Part shown: one piece after another, positions 36,933 through 47,197 of the stretch
How positions within the stretch are numbered: the stretch's first letter is position 1
Layout: the number at the start of each line of letters is the position of its first letter
NCBI GenBank assembly: GCA_003245675.1
Contig: QKCN01000029.1
Coordinates: 901-64,900 of the forward strand
Reading direction: 5' to 3'
Length of the DNA: 64,000 bases
Origin: Bacteriovoracaceae bacterium
GTDB taxonomy: Bacteria; Bdellovibrionota; Bacteriovoracia; Bacteriovoracales; Bacteriovoracaceae
Made by a program: the position numbers and the translations under genes
Notes under the pieces: generated by a model
What the model was told of the DNA's origin: nothing
Seen by the model: only the letters and a program-made list of their open reading frames with translations
Database searches by the model: none

Positions 36933-39038
36933 ATGGAGAAAAAAAAGCATTTATTCTTTTTTGCTTTTGTCGCATCTTTTTTTTGGGTGCTATTTTCGAG
37001 TTTTATTCTTTCACAACTCTATCTTGATGCCGATCATTATGGTGAAGAACGACAAGCTTTCTTAAAAAGAGAGGTGTCCCTTTTGCTTGCTGGTGTTCCT
37101 TCGGCCGCTCAACTTGATAAGCTCGTCGATTTTTATTCGCATATTGAAGATGAACATTTAAAACTTGATGGAGTATGGCTTAGTGATGGCCGTTCTTGGG
37201 GAGAGGTTTCAAAAAAAGATTTGGGAAAGTCATATCCCTATATGTTGCATTCGTTTGATGATGGCAAAATTGTTTTTGAAATCCCTTTTGGAAAAGAGAG
37301 AATTTATTTAAGTTTTGAAAATAAATTTTTGGAAAATCATTTTAAAACCTTTTTTTTAGGAAGAGGGCTGATCGCTTTAACTCTTCTTTTTTTCTTGGTA
37401 GGAGTTCTATATTTCTATTCTCATAAGTTCTTTTTCTTGCCTGCAGATAATTTTGTAAGACAAATTCAAGGCCGGATTCATGAACTCTTTTTTCGTTCTC
37501 GTCCCATTCCTGCCACTCATTCAGTAGATCAGTCAATGGGTTTTGTCGGTCTTGACGAAAGTGTTGATAAGGTTTTGCAGGAATTAAAGGCCGTGCAGGA
37601 AGAGCTTGAAGCGACCATTGAGGCTTCCAATCAAATGCTCATTATTTTAGATGAAAGTTTGATTATTCGCGATATTTACCATTCTATGGGAGTATGGCTT
37701 TTCTCTAATATCGATGAGTGGAGAGGAAGAAGTCTTTTCGATGGGGATTGCCCTGCCAGCTTTATTGCTTCAATTCAAGAATCAATCTTGCAAATTACCA
37801 ATCGTGGCTTTGCTGACCGTTTTCAATTTTACTTGAACAAAGAGGAAAATGTTGTTTATGAAGCCTTTGTTTCTCCTCGTTTCTCGTCTGATGCCAAAAC
37901 ATATATGATTTTAGTTCGAGATATAACAGAAGAAATTGCCCAAAAGAAAAAAGAAAAAGAGTTGGAGCGGCAATACCATCAAAATATGAAGATGCTTTCT
38001 ATTGGTGAATTGGCCGGTGGCATTGCTCATGAAATAAACAATCCGCTTGCAGTTATTAAGGGGAATATTGCTTTAATGCATAAAAAAGGCAACTTGAATG
38101 ACTATTCCACATTGAGGCTTCAAACCATTAGTGAAATGATGGGGCGGATTGCTTCAATTGTAAAATCATTAAGTCTCTATGCAGAGGTGGATAGCGAAAA
38201 AATTATGGAGTTGGATTTACATGATCTGATTCATGATGTTTTTGATTTAGTGCGGGGTGCTTATATTAAAGAAAATGTGGCCGTTGTGCTGGATCTTGAT
38301 GCAGAAGCGACTTTGTTTAAAGGAAATCGCAGTCATATGCATCAAGCTCTTTTGGCCTTACTTAGTAACGCCAAGGATGCTTTGATTGGTAAAAGTTCCA
38401 AGCAAATTGTTATTCGAACCTTTGATATTCAAAAGGGTGGAATTGGTCTTGAAATTGTGGATAATGGTCGAGGCATGACGAGTTCTGAGTTAGATCGTGC
38501 ATTTGATGCCTTCTATTCCACTAAAGATATTGGAAAAGGGCGAGGGCTAGGACTCAATATTGTACAAGCTGTTTTAGAAAAGATTGGTGGAGAAATTGAG
38601 ATTCATTCCTTGCCTGAGCAAGGGACAAGTGTTTTTGTATCTTTTCCTCTTTATGAAAGAGAAGCATTATCAAAAGTTTCGAAATTTAAGGAACGTATTG
38701 CTATTTTGGCCGAAGATGATTCTTTGTCTGAACTTACACGAGCAATTCTCGAAGAAAAAGGATATCAAGTTAAAGTTTTTGGTTCAAAGGATGATGCTCT
38801 TGGGACCATTGATCACTCTTTTGCGATGATGCTTGCAGATTTTCATGATGAAGATCAAGGTGGTGTAGAGCTGATTAAAGCATTGCAGATGAAGGGACTT
38901 TTTGATTTAAAAATCGTTTTACTCACTGGGGAAAGTTCTAAATCAATCGGAGATATTGCGGATTGTATTGATGCGATTTTAATTAAGCCTTTTGGCGAAG
39001 AGAAGTTATTTGATACTATTTTGCCTCTTTTGACTTAG
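36933..39038 (+). CDS. Membrane-anchored PAS sensor histidine kinase with C-terminal receiver domain
   Basis: Two TM segments. H-box AHEINNPLAV. Motifs LLSNAKDA, DNGRGM and GRGLGLN. C-terminal REC-like region (ILAEDD...MLADFHD...LIKPF). Confidence 0.85.
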   Translation: MEKKKHLFFFAFVASFFWVLFSSFILSQLYLDADHYGEERQAFLKREVSLLLAGVPSAAQLDKLVDFYSHIEDEHLKLDGVWLSDGRSWGEVSKKDLGKSYPYMLHSFDDGKIVFEIPFGKERIYLSFENKFLENHFKTFFLGRGLIALTLLFFLVGVLYFYSHKFFFLPADNFVRQIQGRIHELFFRSRPIPATHSVDQSMGFVGLDESVDKVLQELKAVQEELEATIEASNQMLIILDESLIIRDIYHSMGVWLFSNIDEWRGRSLFDGDCPASFIASIQESILQITNRGFADRFQFYLNKEENVVYEAFVSPRFSSDAKTYMILVRDITEEIAQKKKEKELERQYHQNMKMLSIGELAGGIAHEINNPLAVIKGNIALMHKKGNLNDYSTLRLQTISEMMGRIASIVKSLSLYAEVDSEKIMELDLHDLIHDVFDLVRGAYIKENVAVVLDLDAEATLFKGNRSHMHQALLALLSNAKDALIGKSSKQIVIRTFDIQKGGIGLEIVDNGRGMTSSELDRAFDAFYSTKDIGKGRGLGLNIVQAVLEKIGGEIEIHSLPEQGTSVFVSFPLYEREALSKVSKFKERIAILAEDDSLSELTRAILEEKGYQVKVFGSKDDALGTIDHSFAMMLADFHDEDQGGVELIKALQMKGLFDLKIVLLTGESSKSIGDIADCIDAILIKPFGEEKLFDTILPLLT

Positions 39039-40266
39039 ACCAAATGCCTAAATTGCGCGGGGATATCTTGGGATTGAATAGTTGAAAGAGTTGTGTTTCC
39101 CTTCCTGATTCTTCGAGATAGAAATATCGATCGATGATAATTGCCAATTCTATAATTCTTGAAAATAAAGAGCGGAGAGCATCAAGCGCAATAATTTCTC
39201 GAACTTTTATTTGTGTATCTTTTCTTTCTTTGAAGTCCTTAATTTGTAAATCAGTGCAGGCCTCTATTTTTTGTTTGGAAAGATGAAAGATCGCATAGTC
39301 TTCAAAACCAGCATTAAAGATTTCTTTAGGGGTCTGTCCTAAGGTTCTGATACTGGCGTCTCCTGTCAGCTCAATCTGTAGCAGTTGAAAAAGTGCTCTA
39401 AAATAACGCACTTTTAATTTGTGTTTGAGTTCTTTTACTTTATCTTCACAAAAAGAGCGAGAAGCGAGAGTTAAGGCATGATCAGAAAAGGAAACTGCCG
39501 CCTCATCTTTTGCCTGTTGTGAAATATTCAGTAGACTTGGGGTATTCATGCGGCAATAGCAACATCCAAAGTTTAGTAGATAGGGAACATTAAACTGAGC
39601 GGCCGCTTGAATGAGAAAAACGGAAAGATCGCCACAGGAATGTAGTCCTAGTAGTAGCGTGTTCTTTTCAATAAAGGGAAGCAGTTTTTCAATTTGCGCG
39701 GAGAGGGTGAAGTGTACAAAGTTTATAGCATTTCCATAGGGGGTTTGAGCAAGGATGTTCTGTCCTTTGCTCTGAATTGTTTTATCAAAATCTAGGCTAT
39801 GGCCCTGAATATTTAGGTTTTGTGCCATTAGGCCTGCTAAATGTCCCATGCCACCGCCGAAATCAACAAAATGATCAAAACCGTACAGCGCTTGTTTTTG
39901 CTTTATCAGGGGAAGCAATGTCTCTATCTCATGTCTTTTTTTTTCTTTTATTGAATTAAAGGAGTGATCTAAGGAGAGGGGGGAGACTGTTTCTACCGGG
40001 ATTTCCATAAGGCTTTTTAATTCTTCAAAAAAAGAATTCAAAAGGGGAGTTGGCGATTGGTAAGAGGCTATTTGAAAGAGTTCCTGAAAGCTTGTACTTG
40101 TTTCTTCTAAGAAGTTGTCAGTCTTTTGAGAGAATGCTTGGGCAAAATCTGAGAATTCAATAGTGAGTGTGTTCAAATAACGTGGATACGAGTCGATAGG
40201 CTCATAAGTCCACAGATTATAGTGGCGTTTCAGAAAAGACTGAATATTAGAGAATCTCTTTTTCAT
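39016..40266 (-). CDS. Class I SAM-dependent methyltransferase-like protein
   Basis: Motif I VDFGGGMGHLAG followed by an acidic strand end (SLDFD). The remainder is not recognised. Confidence 0.6.
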   Translation of the reverse strand: MKKRFSNIQSFLKRHYNLWTYEPIDSYPRYLNTLTIEFSDFAQAFSQKTDNFLEETSTSFQELFQIASYQSPTPLLNSFFEELKSLMEIPVETVSPLSLDHSFNSIKEKKRHEIETLLPLIKQKQALYGFDHFVDFGGGMGHLAGLMAQNLNIQGHSLDFDKTIQSKGQNILAQTPYGNAINFVHFTLSAQIEKLLPFIEKNTLLLGLHSCGDLSVFLIQAAAQFNVPYLLNFGCCYCRMNTPSLLNISQQAKDEAAVSFSDHALTLASRSFCEDKVKELKHKLKVRYFRALFQLLQIELTGDASIRTLGQTPKEIFNAGFEDYAIFHLSKQKIEACTDLQIKDFKERKDTQIKVREIIALDALRSLFSRIIELAIIIDRYFYLEESGRETQLFQLFNPKISPRNLGIWSKSKEAK

Positions 40267-40306
40267 AATGGGAAATAGATAACAGAAAAGACAGCAAAGA
40301 AGAAGT

Positions 40307-40435
40307 CTATCTTACTTCGAGGCTTGCTGTACTGCGTGATGTGGGAGAGCTTTTAAGAAGATTGTCTGCAATAGAGATCTTCACCAAAAACATCACGAAG
40401 ATAAGAATGACAATAGAGGCAAGTTTTATTTTCAT
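40307..40435 (-). CDS. Possible small exported or membrane peptide (42 aa), absent from the ORF track
   Basis: ATG is preceded by gaggga. Sequence MKIKLASIVILIFVMFLVKISIADNLLKSSPTSRSTASLEVR. The only support is the ORF, the SD and the hydrophobic N-terminus. Confidence 0.25.
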   Translation of the reverse strand: MKIKLASIVILIFVMFLVKISIADNLLKSSPTSRSTASLEVR

Positions 40436-40740
40436 TTTATATTCCCTCAAAAAAACTTGAGTTAAAAAACTTTAGTTTTTGAGTGTTCTACTCTCTTTAT
40501 CGGTATTATTTATTTAAACTTTAAATAAAATGTTTCTATAAACTCACAATATTTTAAATTGTCCTATAATTATCATATAAGCACAAGTTTTTTATAAAAA
40601 CAGCTTCTTAACGCGCTATAGGTGCGCATATTCCTGAGGTTTGTGCCAATTATATTACACCAATGTCATTAATAAATAATATGGGCAAAAGAAAAAAATC
40701 TGCTATTTTGTTAGAAACTTTTACTTTTAAGGAGCAAATA

Positions 40741-42492
40741 ATGGGCGCAGCAAGTTTCCTCAAGTCAGAGAAAATTAGTCAAAATATTTCAACCATAAAA
40801 ACTTATTGTGAAGAATTGAAAGTTGATGCTTTTTATATTTCTAGTTTTGATCAGTTTCTGAATGAGTATGTTCCCTTAGAGGAATGTCACCGTTATTATT
40901 TTTCAGGATTCACTGGCTCAGTGGCTGAAGTTCTTGTCCTTCCTCAGGGGAAAGTTCGTCTTTATGTTGATGGCCGTTATTATGAACAGGCTGACTTGGA
41001 AACAAATCCAGAAGAGCTTGAAGTTTGCAAAGTTCCCGCATCAACGACTTTAGCCTCTATGCTTTGTGAGGATGTAAAAGATCTGGGCATCAAGACAATT
41101 GCTTGTGAAGCCGAAAGAACATCTGCTGCCATGTTTGATCGACTGAATGCCATTGCTAAAGTACGCCCTTTATTTGCTGGCGAGCTTGCGAGCCAAGTTG
41201 AGTTTAATAAGTCTGTATCTCAAAATGAAATTACTCTTTTGAGTGATGATATGGCCGGTGGAAAGGTCGAGAATAAACTTGCCCGAATTTTTGCAGATGC
41301 AAATATGAATGAAGCTTACTTTTTAGCTGCACTTGAAGATATTGCTTGGGTATCTAATGCAAGAGGTTATCAGCTGCCATTTCAAAGTGCATTCATGGGC
41401 AAAGCTTTAGTCACCAAGCAAAAGGTACACATCTTTCTACAACCAAACAGTAAATACGCGACGTCTTTAACAAAGCATTCCCATATTCGAGTCTATGAAG
41501 TTGATCATCAGAGTTTTTCTAAAATTCTCGACCAAATTATTCGCGAAGAAAAACTCGACACCATCTTTTACGATAAATCCTCTTTGAACCTTTTTGATTT
41601 AGAAATGATTAAAAAAGTAGGTGGACAAAAGCTAATTGAAAAAGCTGGTGGATTGATTCCCTTTCACTCTATTAAAACAAAAGAAGAGATCACAATTTTA
41701 GAAGACGCCTTTGATCGTAGCAATAAAGCTATTTTTAATACTGTTAATTGGGCCTATGGACGCATGTCTGAAAATAGTTTTAGTGAGTTAGAGCTAAGCG
41801 ATGAATGTTTGCAATCCTACAAAAATGAAGGCTCTACCGAGCTTACTTTTAAAACGATTGCGGCCATCGCCGCCAATTCCTCTATTATTCATTATTCTAA
41901 TCCCTCGGCAGAAGTTAAGGCTCAAAAGAACGATTTGGTTTTGCTTGATTCAGGTTCTTATTATGGGCCAGGTTTTGCCACTGATACTACAAGAACTTTT
42001 TTAGCTGATCCTAAGGTAGAGGCGAGTCCTAAGCAAAAAGAAATCTATACTTTAGTGCTCAAGGGACTATTGCGTGCACAAAATGCGATTTTCCCTGATG
42101 GTATTTGGGGATCTGCGATTGATGCCATTGCACGGCTTCCAATCACTCAATATGGCTACAATTATGGACATGGAACAGGTCATGGGATTGGTATCAATGT
42201 TCATTCTGGCGGAGTGCGCATTTCACCCCTTTCGGTAAATCCTATGCGTGAAGGTCAGGTTGCAAGTATCGAGCCCGGGATTTATATTCCTGGTTTTGGT
42301 GGAGTTCGCTTGGAAAATATTGTGCTAGTTGAAAAACACCCCGATTTTGAGGGAATGTTGCGCTTTCGCAATCTTGTTTGGGTCGGATTTGATCCTCGTC
42401 TTATTAATTTAGATTTACTTAATGTCGAGGAAAAGAAATGGCTGGCGGAATTTGAGGCAGAATGTAAAAAACGCGGAAATTCTTTTAATTAA
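40741..42492 (+). CDS. M24B Xaa-Pro aminopeptidase (three-domain aminopeptidase P type)
   Basis: SD aaggag lies before the ATG at 40741. Metal-ligand contexts DSGSYY..GFATDTTRT, HGTGHGIG, IEPGIY and VRLENIV are present. Confidence 0.85.
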   Translation: MGAASFLKSEKISQNISTIKTYCEELKVDAFYISSFDQFLNEYVPLEECHRYYFSGFTGSVAEVLVLPQGKVRLYVDGRYYEQADLETNPEELEVCKVPASTTLASMLCEDVKDLGIKTIACEAERTSAAMFDRLNAIAKVRPLFAGELASQVEFNKSVSQNEITLLSDDMAGGKVENKLARIFADANMNEAYFLAALEDIAWVSNARGYQLPFQSAFMGKALVTKQKVHIFLQPNSKYATSLTKHSHIRVYEVDHQSFSKILDQIIREEKLDTIFYDKSSLNLFDLEMIKKVGGQKLIEKAGGLIPFHSIKTKEEITILEDAFDRSNKAIFNTVNWAYGRMSENSFSELELSDECLQSYKNEGSTELTFKTIAAIAANSSIIHYSNPSAEVKAQKNDLVLLDSGSYYGPGFATDTTRTFLADPKVEASPKQKEIYTLVLKGLLRAQNAIFPDGIWGSAIDAIARLPITQYGYNYGHGTGHGIGINVHSGGVRISPLSVNPMREGQVASIEPGIYIPGFGGVRLENIVLVEKHPDFEGMLRFRNLVWVGFDPRLINLDLLNVEEKKWLAEFEAECKKRGNSFN

Positions 42493-42504
42493 AGCTTATA
42501 AAAT

Positions 42505-42536
42505 AAAAAAGGCGTCAATATTGACGCCTTTTTTAT
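42505..42536. terminator. Bidirectional rho-independent terminator
   Basis: aaaaaaggcgtcaa ta ttgacgcctttttt. Perfect stem flanked by A- and T-runs between convergent genes. Confidence 0.75.
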
Positions 42537-42552
42537 TTTAAAGAGCTTGGCC

Positions 42553-43137
42553 CTAGTATATGCCTTTTTCGACTTTATCTAAAACATAGTCACGAATTTT
42601 TTTCTTATTCATGAGCTTAGGATAATCAGCACAGAAGTATCCTGACGTGAATCCCTCGTCTAAAATGCTGCTAACATTTTCCGCTGTAATTTCGGGAACA
42701 ATTTGGCGCGCTTGCTTGAGTAGCTTGTTCGAGAGGCGAGTACCTGCCTCTTGAAGTAGCATGACTTTTTCCTCTTTTGTGCGCAAAGAACTTACTGTTG
42801 AGCCTACAAAACCACCCACCACTGATACGATAATCATTGCTGGATTGACACTGACTAGTCCCATGAAAGCGCCACCCGTTCCAAGGGTTTGGCTTAGCGC
42901 CTTTACTTCAAAACGCATATTCATTTGATGTTCAGCGTTGAGTGCATAAATATCGGCGCAGGAAAAATAGCGTGGGGGAGCAATTTCTTCATCACTGGCA
43001 ATTGCGCGGGCTTGTCCTGCAACATTTTTAATTGAAGCTGTTTGGACTTTTGGGTGACCAGTCCAATATCCGGCCGTCGCCATCGTGAGGCAGAGAAAAA
43101 AGACACCCAAAATCTTAAAAGTCATTTTTTTCTTCAT
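42553..43137 (-). CDS. Exported or membrane protein of unknown function
   Basis: SD aaggag lies before the ATG at 43137. Signal peptide MKKKMTFKILGVFFLCLTMATA. Internal Gly-rich hydrophobic segment. Confidence 0.55.
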   Translation of the reverse strand: MKKKMTFKILGVFFLCLTMATAGYWTGHPKVQTASIKNVAGQARAIASDEEIAPPRYFSCADIYALNAEHQMNMRFEVKALSQTLGTGGAFMGLVSVNPAMIIVSVVGGFVGSTVSSLRTKEEKVMLLQEAGTRLSNKLLKQARQIVPEITAENVSSILDEGFTSGYFCADYPKLMNKKKIRDYVLDKVEKGIY

Positions 43138-43187
43138 AAAATCTCCTTGTAAGCACTTTTCGGATAAAAGGAGCAAAAACTTAATGA

Positions 43188-44426
43188 TTAAATCAGTTTT
43201 TCATAGAGGCCATCCTCATGAATTTTAATGGCTTGGATCTCCCCCTGGTAGTTAATGTGAAAATGCTCTGTTTTGTTGAGAGCTTCAGCTAATACTTCAT
43301 CTAGCTTGATATTCTTTTCGTAGAAATCAAAATGCTTTTCTGAGGCATGAATCACTGGATTCTCTGCGGCAAAAAGAGCGCAGGCATCATCATGGGGGAT
43401 AATAGAAATATCATGTGTTCCGTAGCGGACAGAGCGCTTTATAATTTCTTCTTTAGTCATTCCAATAAGGGGACGCAAGATTGGGCGACGACTGGCTTTG
43501 TCTACAAAACAGATGTTTTCAAGGGTTTGGCTAGAGACTTGAGAAAGGGCATCTCCGGTAACAAGGGCCTTTATTTGTAGAAGATCGGCCAAGAGATTGG
43601 CCCCTTCAACCATGGCCTTTCGAATGAGGAGCGTTCTAAATTTCTCATGGCAAAAATCGGCAATTTTTTGTTGAACTTTACCAAAGGGAACAATGTGGAG
43701 CGTTGTATAGCGCTGCGTTTTCGCGATTGCTTTGCTCAGTTCTTTGATTTTATTTTTAACTTCGTCCCCCACAAATGGGTAAGCATGAAAAAAAACTAGG
43801 GAGAGGTCTGTCCCTCGAGTTCCCATCATGACTGAGGCAACGGGCGAGTCAAAGCCTCCAGAAAGCAAAGAAAGTATTCTTCCCGCCGATCCAACAGGAA
43901 GCCCCGAAAGTCCTTCAAAATTATTAACGGAAAGATATAGTCCAGATTGTAGAATCTTGAGGCGGATAAGTTTATCGGGGTTTTTGATATTGACTCGGGC
44001 ATTGGGGAAGTTTTTGAGCACGATGGCCCCCACTTCACAGGCTGCCTCCATTGAGGTCATCGGATAGCGTTTGTCTGCGCGTTTCGCATGTGCCTTAAAG
44101 CTAAATTCGCTATCGCCAAGCTCTTTTAATTCCTCCTTAATGAGAGGGAGAAGATCTTGCAGGTCTGTACTTGAGCACTTGAGTACTGGTTCAATATTTC
44201 GAATTCCTGGAGTGAGCAACAAAATATTAAGTAGCTTTTCGGAAAAAGGAACTTCCGATTCTAAAATAAAACGGTGCCCTTCGAAGTTTAATTTAAAAGG
44301 GTGGTCGTGCATGTATTTTGTTCTATGCTTGAGATGGTCACGTAACAATTTGTAAAATTTTTTCTGATTACGCTTTTTGATCCAGATTTCACTGGCATTG
44401 ATTATAAGGTATTTGTAGTGGTTCAC
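43188..44426 (-). CDS. thiI: tRNA 4-thiouridine synthase (no rhodanese domain)
   Basis: THUMP-like N-terminus. PP-loop LLSGGFDSPVA. Confidence 0.9.
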   Translation of the reverse strand: MNHYKYLIINASEIWIKKRNQKKFYKLLRDHLKHRTKYMHDHPFKLNFEGHRFILESEVPFSEKLLNILLLTPGIRNIEPVLKCSSTDLQDLLPLIKEELKELGDSEFSFKAHAKRADKRYPMTSMEAACEVGAIVLKNFPNARVNIKNPDKLIRLKILQSGLYLSVNNFEGLSGLPVGSAGRILSLLSGGFDSPVASVMMGTRGTDLSLVFFHAYPFVGDEVKNKIKELSKAIAKTQRYTTLHIVPFGKVQQKIADFCHEKFRTLLIRKAMVEGANLLADLLQIKALVTGDALSQVSSQTLENICFVDKASRRPILRPLIGMTKEEIIKRSVRYGTHDISIIPHDDACALFAAENPVIHASEKHFDFYEKNIKLDEVLAEALNKTEHFHINYQGEIQAIKIHEDGLYEKLI

Positions 44427-44437
44427 TAGTCGATCCT

Positions 44438-45574
44438 CTATTTTCTCTTTTTCTTTAATAAACTCTTGAGCTGTTTGTAGCAGAAAGAGAGGTACTCGGC
44501 AAATTGTTCTAACTCTGCTGCACTCGTTTCATTTGAAAAAGAGATACGCAAGACATTATTGCTTAGCTCAGGGGGAACTTGCAGGGCCGCTAGTACGGGG
44601 TTTTCTTGGGCATGACGAGAGGAACAGGCTGAAGTTGTTGAGATGTAGATGTCTTCCATCTCTAGGTGTCTCATGAGTATGTCGCTGGATATTAGCGGTA
44701 AAATGAAGCAGGCAATAAAAGGGCTACAGTCATTTGTTTCAAAGGGAAACTGAATTTCTGGAATTTTATTCTTGAGTTGCAGATAAAGTTTTTGGGTTTG
44801 TTCTTTCATTTGAAGCCAGCAATTACTGGAGGAACAATTGATCAAAATTGCTTTATGCCAGGATTTTATTAAGGGGAAGGCGATCGTTGAGGAGCGACCA
44901 GATTGTTGCGATCCTCCCTTTAAAAGGGCCGTTAGGTGCTTTCCTTTGGGGATAAGATGAGCTGCAATTCCTTTGGGACCTCCCATTTTATGAGAGGAAA
45001 GAGTAAGCCCATCAACAGCTCGGCAAAGTTCTGACGGTATTGGCCACTTGCCCAACGTTTGGGAGAAATCCAGGTGGAAAAAAGCCTGAGGAGCGTATTG
45101 CTTTAAAAGATCGGCCAGTCTTTGATAGTCGAGAATAACGCCGCTTTGAGAATTTATATGAGTAAAAATGGCAAGAGAAATATTTTTTCCGTGCTCTTGT
45201 AATTGGTTTTCGAGTCGGTCCCAATCGAGGTCGCCAGTCGTATTGTGTAGTGCAGGGCATTTCTTTTCTAAAGATATGGCCGCCGTAATGCTGGGATGAT
45301 CAGCTTCCGAAAAAAGTATTTTTCCTTGTGCTTGAAAGTGGTTGATTATCGTATTGTTCGACTCTGTTGCTGATCCTGTAAAGATAATTTCCTTTTCCTG
45401 TGTTTGGAATATTTTGATGATATCTTTTTTTATGCTTTCGAGCTGTTCGAGTGTTTTTCTTCCTAAGGCATGAGGGGAGCTTGGATTGGCAAAATCTTGG
45501 GCAAAGCTCGATTGGAGAACCTCTAAGGCCTCAGGGTGAATTGGGGTTGAAGCGGCATGATCTAGATAAATCAT
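44438..45574 (-). CDS. Cysteine desulfurase (class V aminotransferase, NifS/IscS-like)
   Basis: Motifs YLDHAASTP, PLP lysine SSHKMGGPKG and catalytic loop TTSACSS. It lies upstream of thiI. Confidence 0.85.
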   Translation of the reverse strand: MIYLDHAASTPIHPEALEVLQSSFAQDFANPSSPHALGRKTLEQLESIKKDIIKIFQTQEKEIIFTGSATESNNTIINHFQAQGKILFSEADHPSITAAISLEKKCPALHNTTGDLDWDRLENQLQEHGKNISLAIFTHINSQSGVILDYQRLADLLKQYAPQAFFHLDFSQTLGKWPIPSELCRAVDGLTLSSHKMGGPKGIAAHLIPKGKHLTALLKGGSQQSGRSSTIAFPLIKSWHKAILINCSSSNCWLQMKEQTQKLYLQLKNKIPEIQFPFETNDCSPFIACFILPLISSDILMRHLEMEDIYISTTSACSSRHAQENPVLAALQVPPELSNNVLRISFSNETSAAELEQFAEYLSFCYKQLKSLLKKKRK

Positions 45575-46521
45575 TTTTGACTTTGGTGTCTTGATGAAAT
45601 AACAGACGCCTCTTGCTTGGCAATCATAAACTCTTCAGAGCTGCGTATGGATTTTCCTTGCTGATAGGCATTTGCCATCTCTTTCATTTGCGCTACACGC
45701 TCTTCACTTGGTGGGTGGGTGCTCATGGCATCGGCCAACGCAGAAGTCAATTTGTTACTTGATCCTTTGCTTTTCTTTTCCATGGCCAGTAGGCGTTCAT
45801 AAAATTTGCCAATTTGATTTTTGTCATATCCTGCACGGGTCGCGACTTTAAATCCAATGCGATCGGCTTCCATTTCATCTTCGCGAGAGTTTTTCATAAA
45901 GGCATATTTATGAACGAGTAGTCCACCAAGAGTTCCGAGGGCCCCTCCTCCTAAGGTCGCTTTTGCCATACAGGCAGTATCGCCATCACGACAAACAAGT
46001 TTTCCTACTCCAAATCCAGCAAGGCCACCTAGAAGTGCTCCACCAGCACCCATTAGGATACCTTTATTTTTTTGTTGTTCTTCTTGGTACATGCGTTCCG
46101 CGGTATGACGGGCCTGAACATGACCAATTTCATGGCCAATTACACCAGCAAGCTCTGCTTCAGAACCGGCCATGGCAATCAAAGGTGCGGTGACGAAGAC
46201 CGTTCCTGCCGGAAGAGCAAAGGCGTTGACGTAAGCAACGTCAACAACTGTAAAATTGTACTTATAGGGATTGTTTTCCAGATTATTCATTTGAACTAAC
46301 TTTTTTCCTAGGTTTCTAACGTAGTTTTGCAAAATAGAATCATTGACTGGTGGATAGTCTTTTCGCATTTCTTTGAGGGCATCACGAGTGAGTTGTTCCT
46401 CCTGCGCAACTGTAAGGTTAACTTTTTGACCTTTATTGCTTCCTTCACGATGGCGATCCGATGTCGTGGCACAAGATGCAGTGAGTAAGAAAAGAAGACA
46501 GAAAAAAGATTGAATTTTCAT
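45571..46521 (-). CDS. M48-family zinc metallopeptidase, probable lipoprotein
   Basis: Motif GVIGHEIGHVQARH. N-terminal LLLTASC. Gly-rich hydrophobic segment. Confidence 0.85.
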   Translation of the reverse strand: MKIQSFFCLLFLLTASCATTSDRHREGSNKGQKVNLTVAQEEQLTRDALKEMRKDYPPVNDSILQNYVRNLGKKLVQMNNLENNPYKYNFTVVDVAYVNAFALPAGTVFVTAPLIAMAGSEAELAGVIGHEIGHVQARHTAERMYQEEQQKNKGILMGAGGALLGGLAGFGVGKLVCRDGDTACMAKATLGGGALGTLGGLLVHKYAFMKNSREDEMEADRIGFKVATRAGYDKNQIGKFYERLLAMEKKSKGSSNKLTSALADAMSTHPPSEERVAQMKEMANAYQQGKSIRSSEEFMIAKQEASVISSRHQSQK

Positions 46522-46603
46522 GCTCGCTCCTGAAAGATAAACTAAGCTATTTGGGTGGCTTATTATGGCCTTCCTCGTGTGAATTTTCTAGAGTAAAGAA
46601 GAT

Positions 46604-47197
46604 ATGTTAAATATAAAAAACGAAAAAACTATTTTCATGCAGCATGGCCTTTTAGATTGCCTACTGGAGATTGATTCCGGAAAGGTCTATGCCATCTGGG
46701 GGGCAAATGGTATCGGAAAGAGTACTTTTTTCTCCTACTTAAAGACCAGAAGCAAAGATATCTCTTGGGGGATGAGCTTTTTAGAACAAGCTGAGCTCAG
46801 ACCTTTAGGAGCAGTTTCTCTTCATCATATTATTAAAGTTTTGCGCAAAAAACATGAAGAAGAGCTTGAAGATATTGATTATTTGATCGATTTTTTTAAT
46901 TTTGGCAGTTTACTTCAGCGCCCTATTAATTTTCTCTCGGGCGGGCAAAAGCAGCTTGCGAAGATTATTCTGTGTCTTGCTAAGAAGGCGCAACTCTATT
47001 GTCTGGATGAGCCTTTCAATAATTTAGATGAAGAAAAAGAAAGTCGCCTTTATCAGTATTTGCAAGAAGCTAGACAGCATCAGCAGAAATCATTTTTAGT
47101 AATTGATCACAACCGCTATTTTTTGGAGAGTGTTGTTGATCAGGTTTTTTATTTTAGGAAAAAAGATGGATCAGATTCTTACTTTCTTGGAGCCTAA
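46604..47197 (+). CDS. Short ABC transporter ATP-binding protein
   Basis: Walker A GANGIGKST, signature LSGGQKQ, Walker B LYCLDEPFNNLD. Only 197 aa. Confidence 0.7.
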   Translation: MLNIKNEKTIFMQHGLLDCLLEIDSGKVYAIWGANGIGKSTFFSYLKTRSKDISWGMSFLEQAELRPLGAVSLHHIIKVLRKKHEEELEDIDYLIDFFNFGSLLQRPINFLSGGQKQLAKIILCLAKKAQLYCLDEPFNNLDEEKESRLYQYLQEARQHQQKSFLVIDHNRYFLESVVDQVFYFRKKDGSDSYFLGA

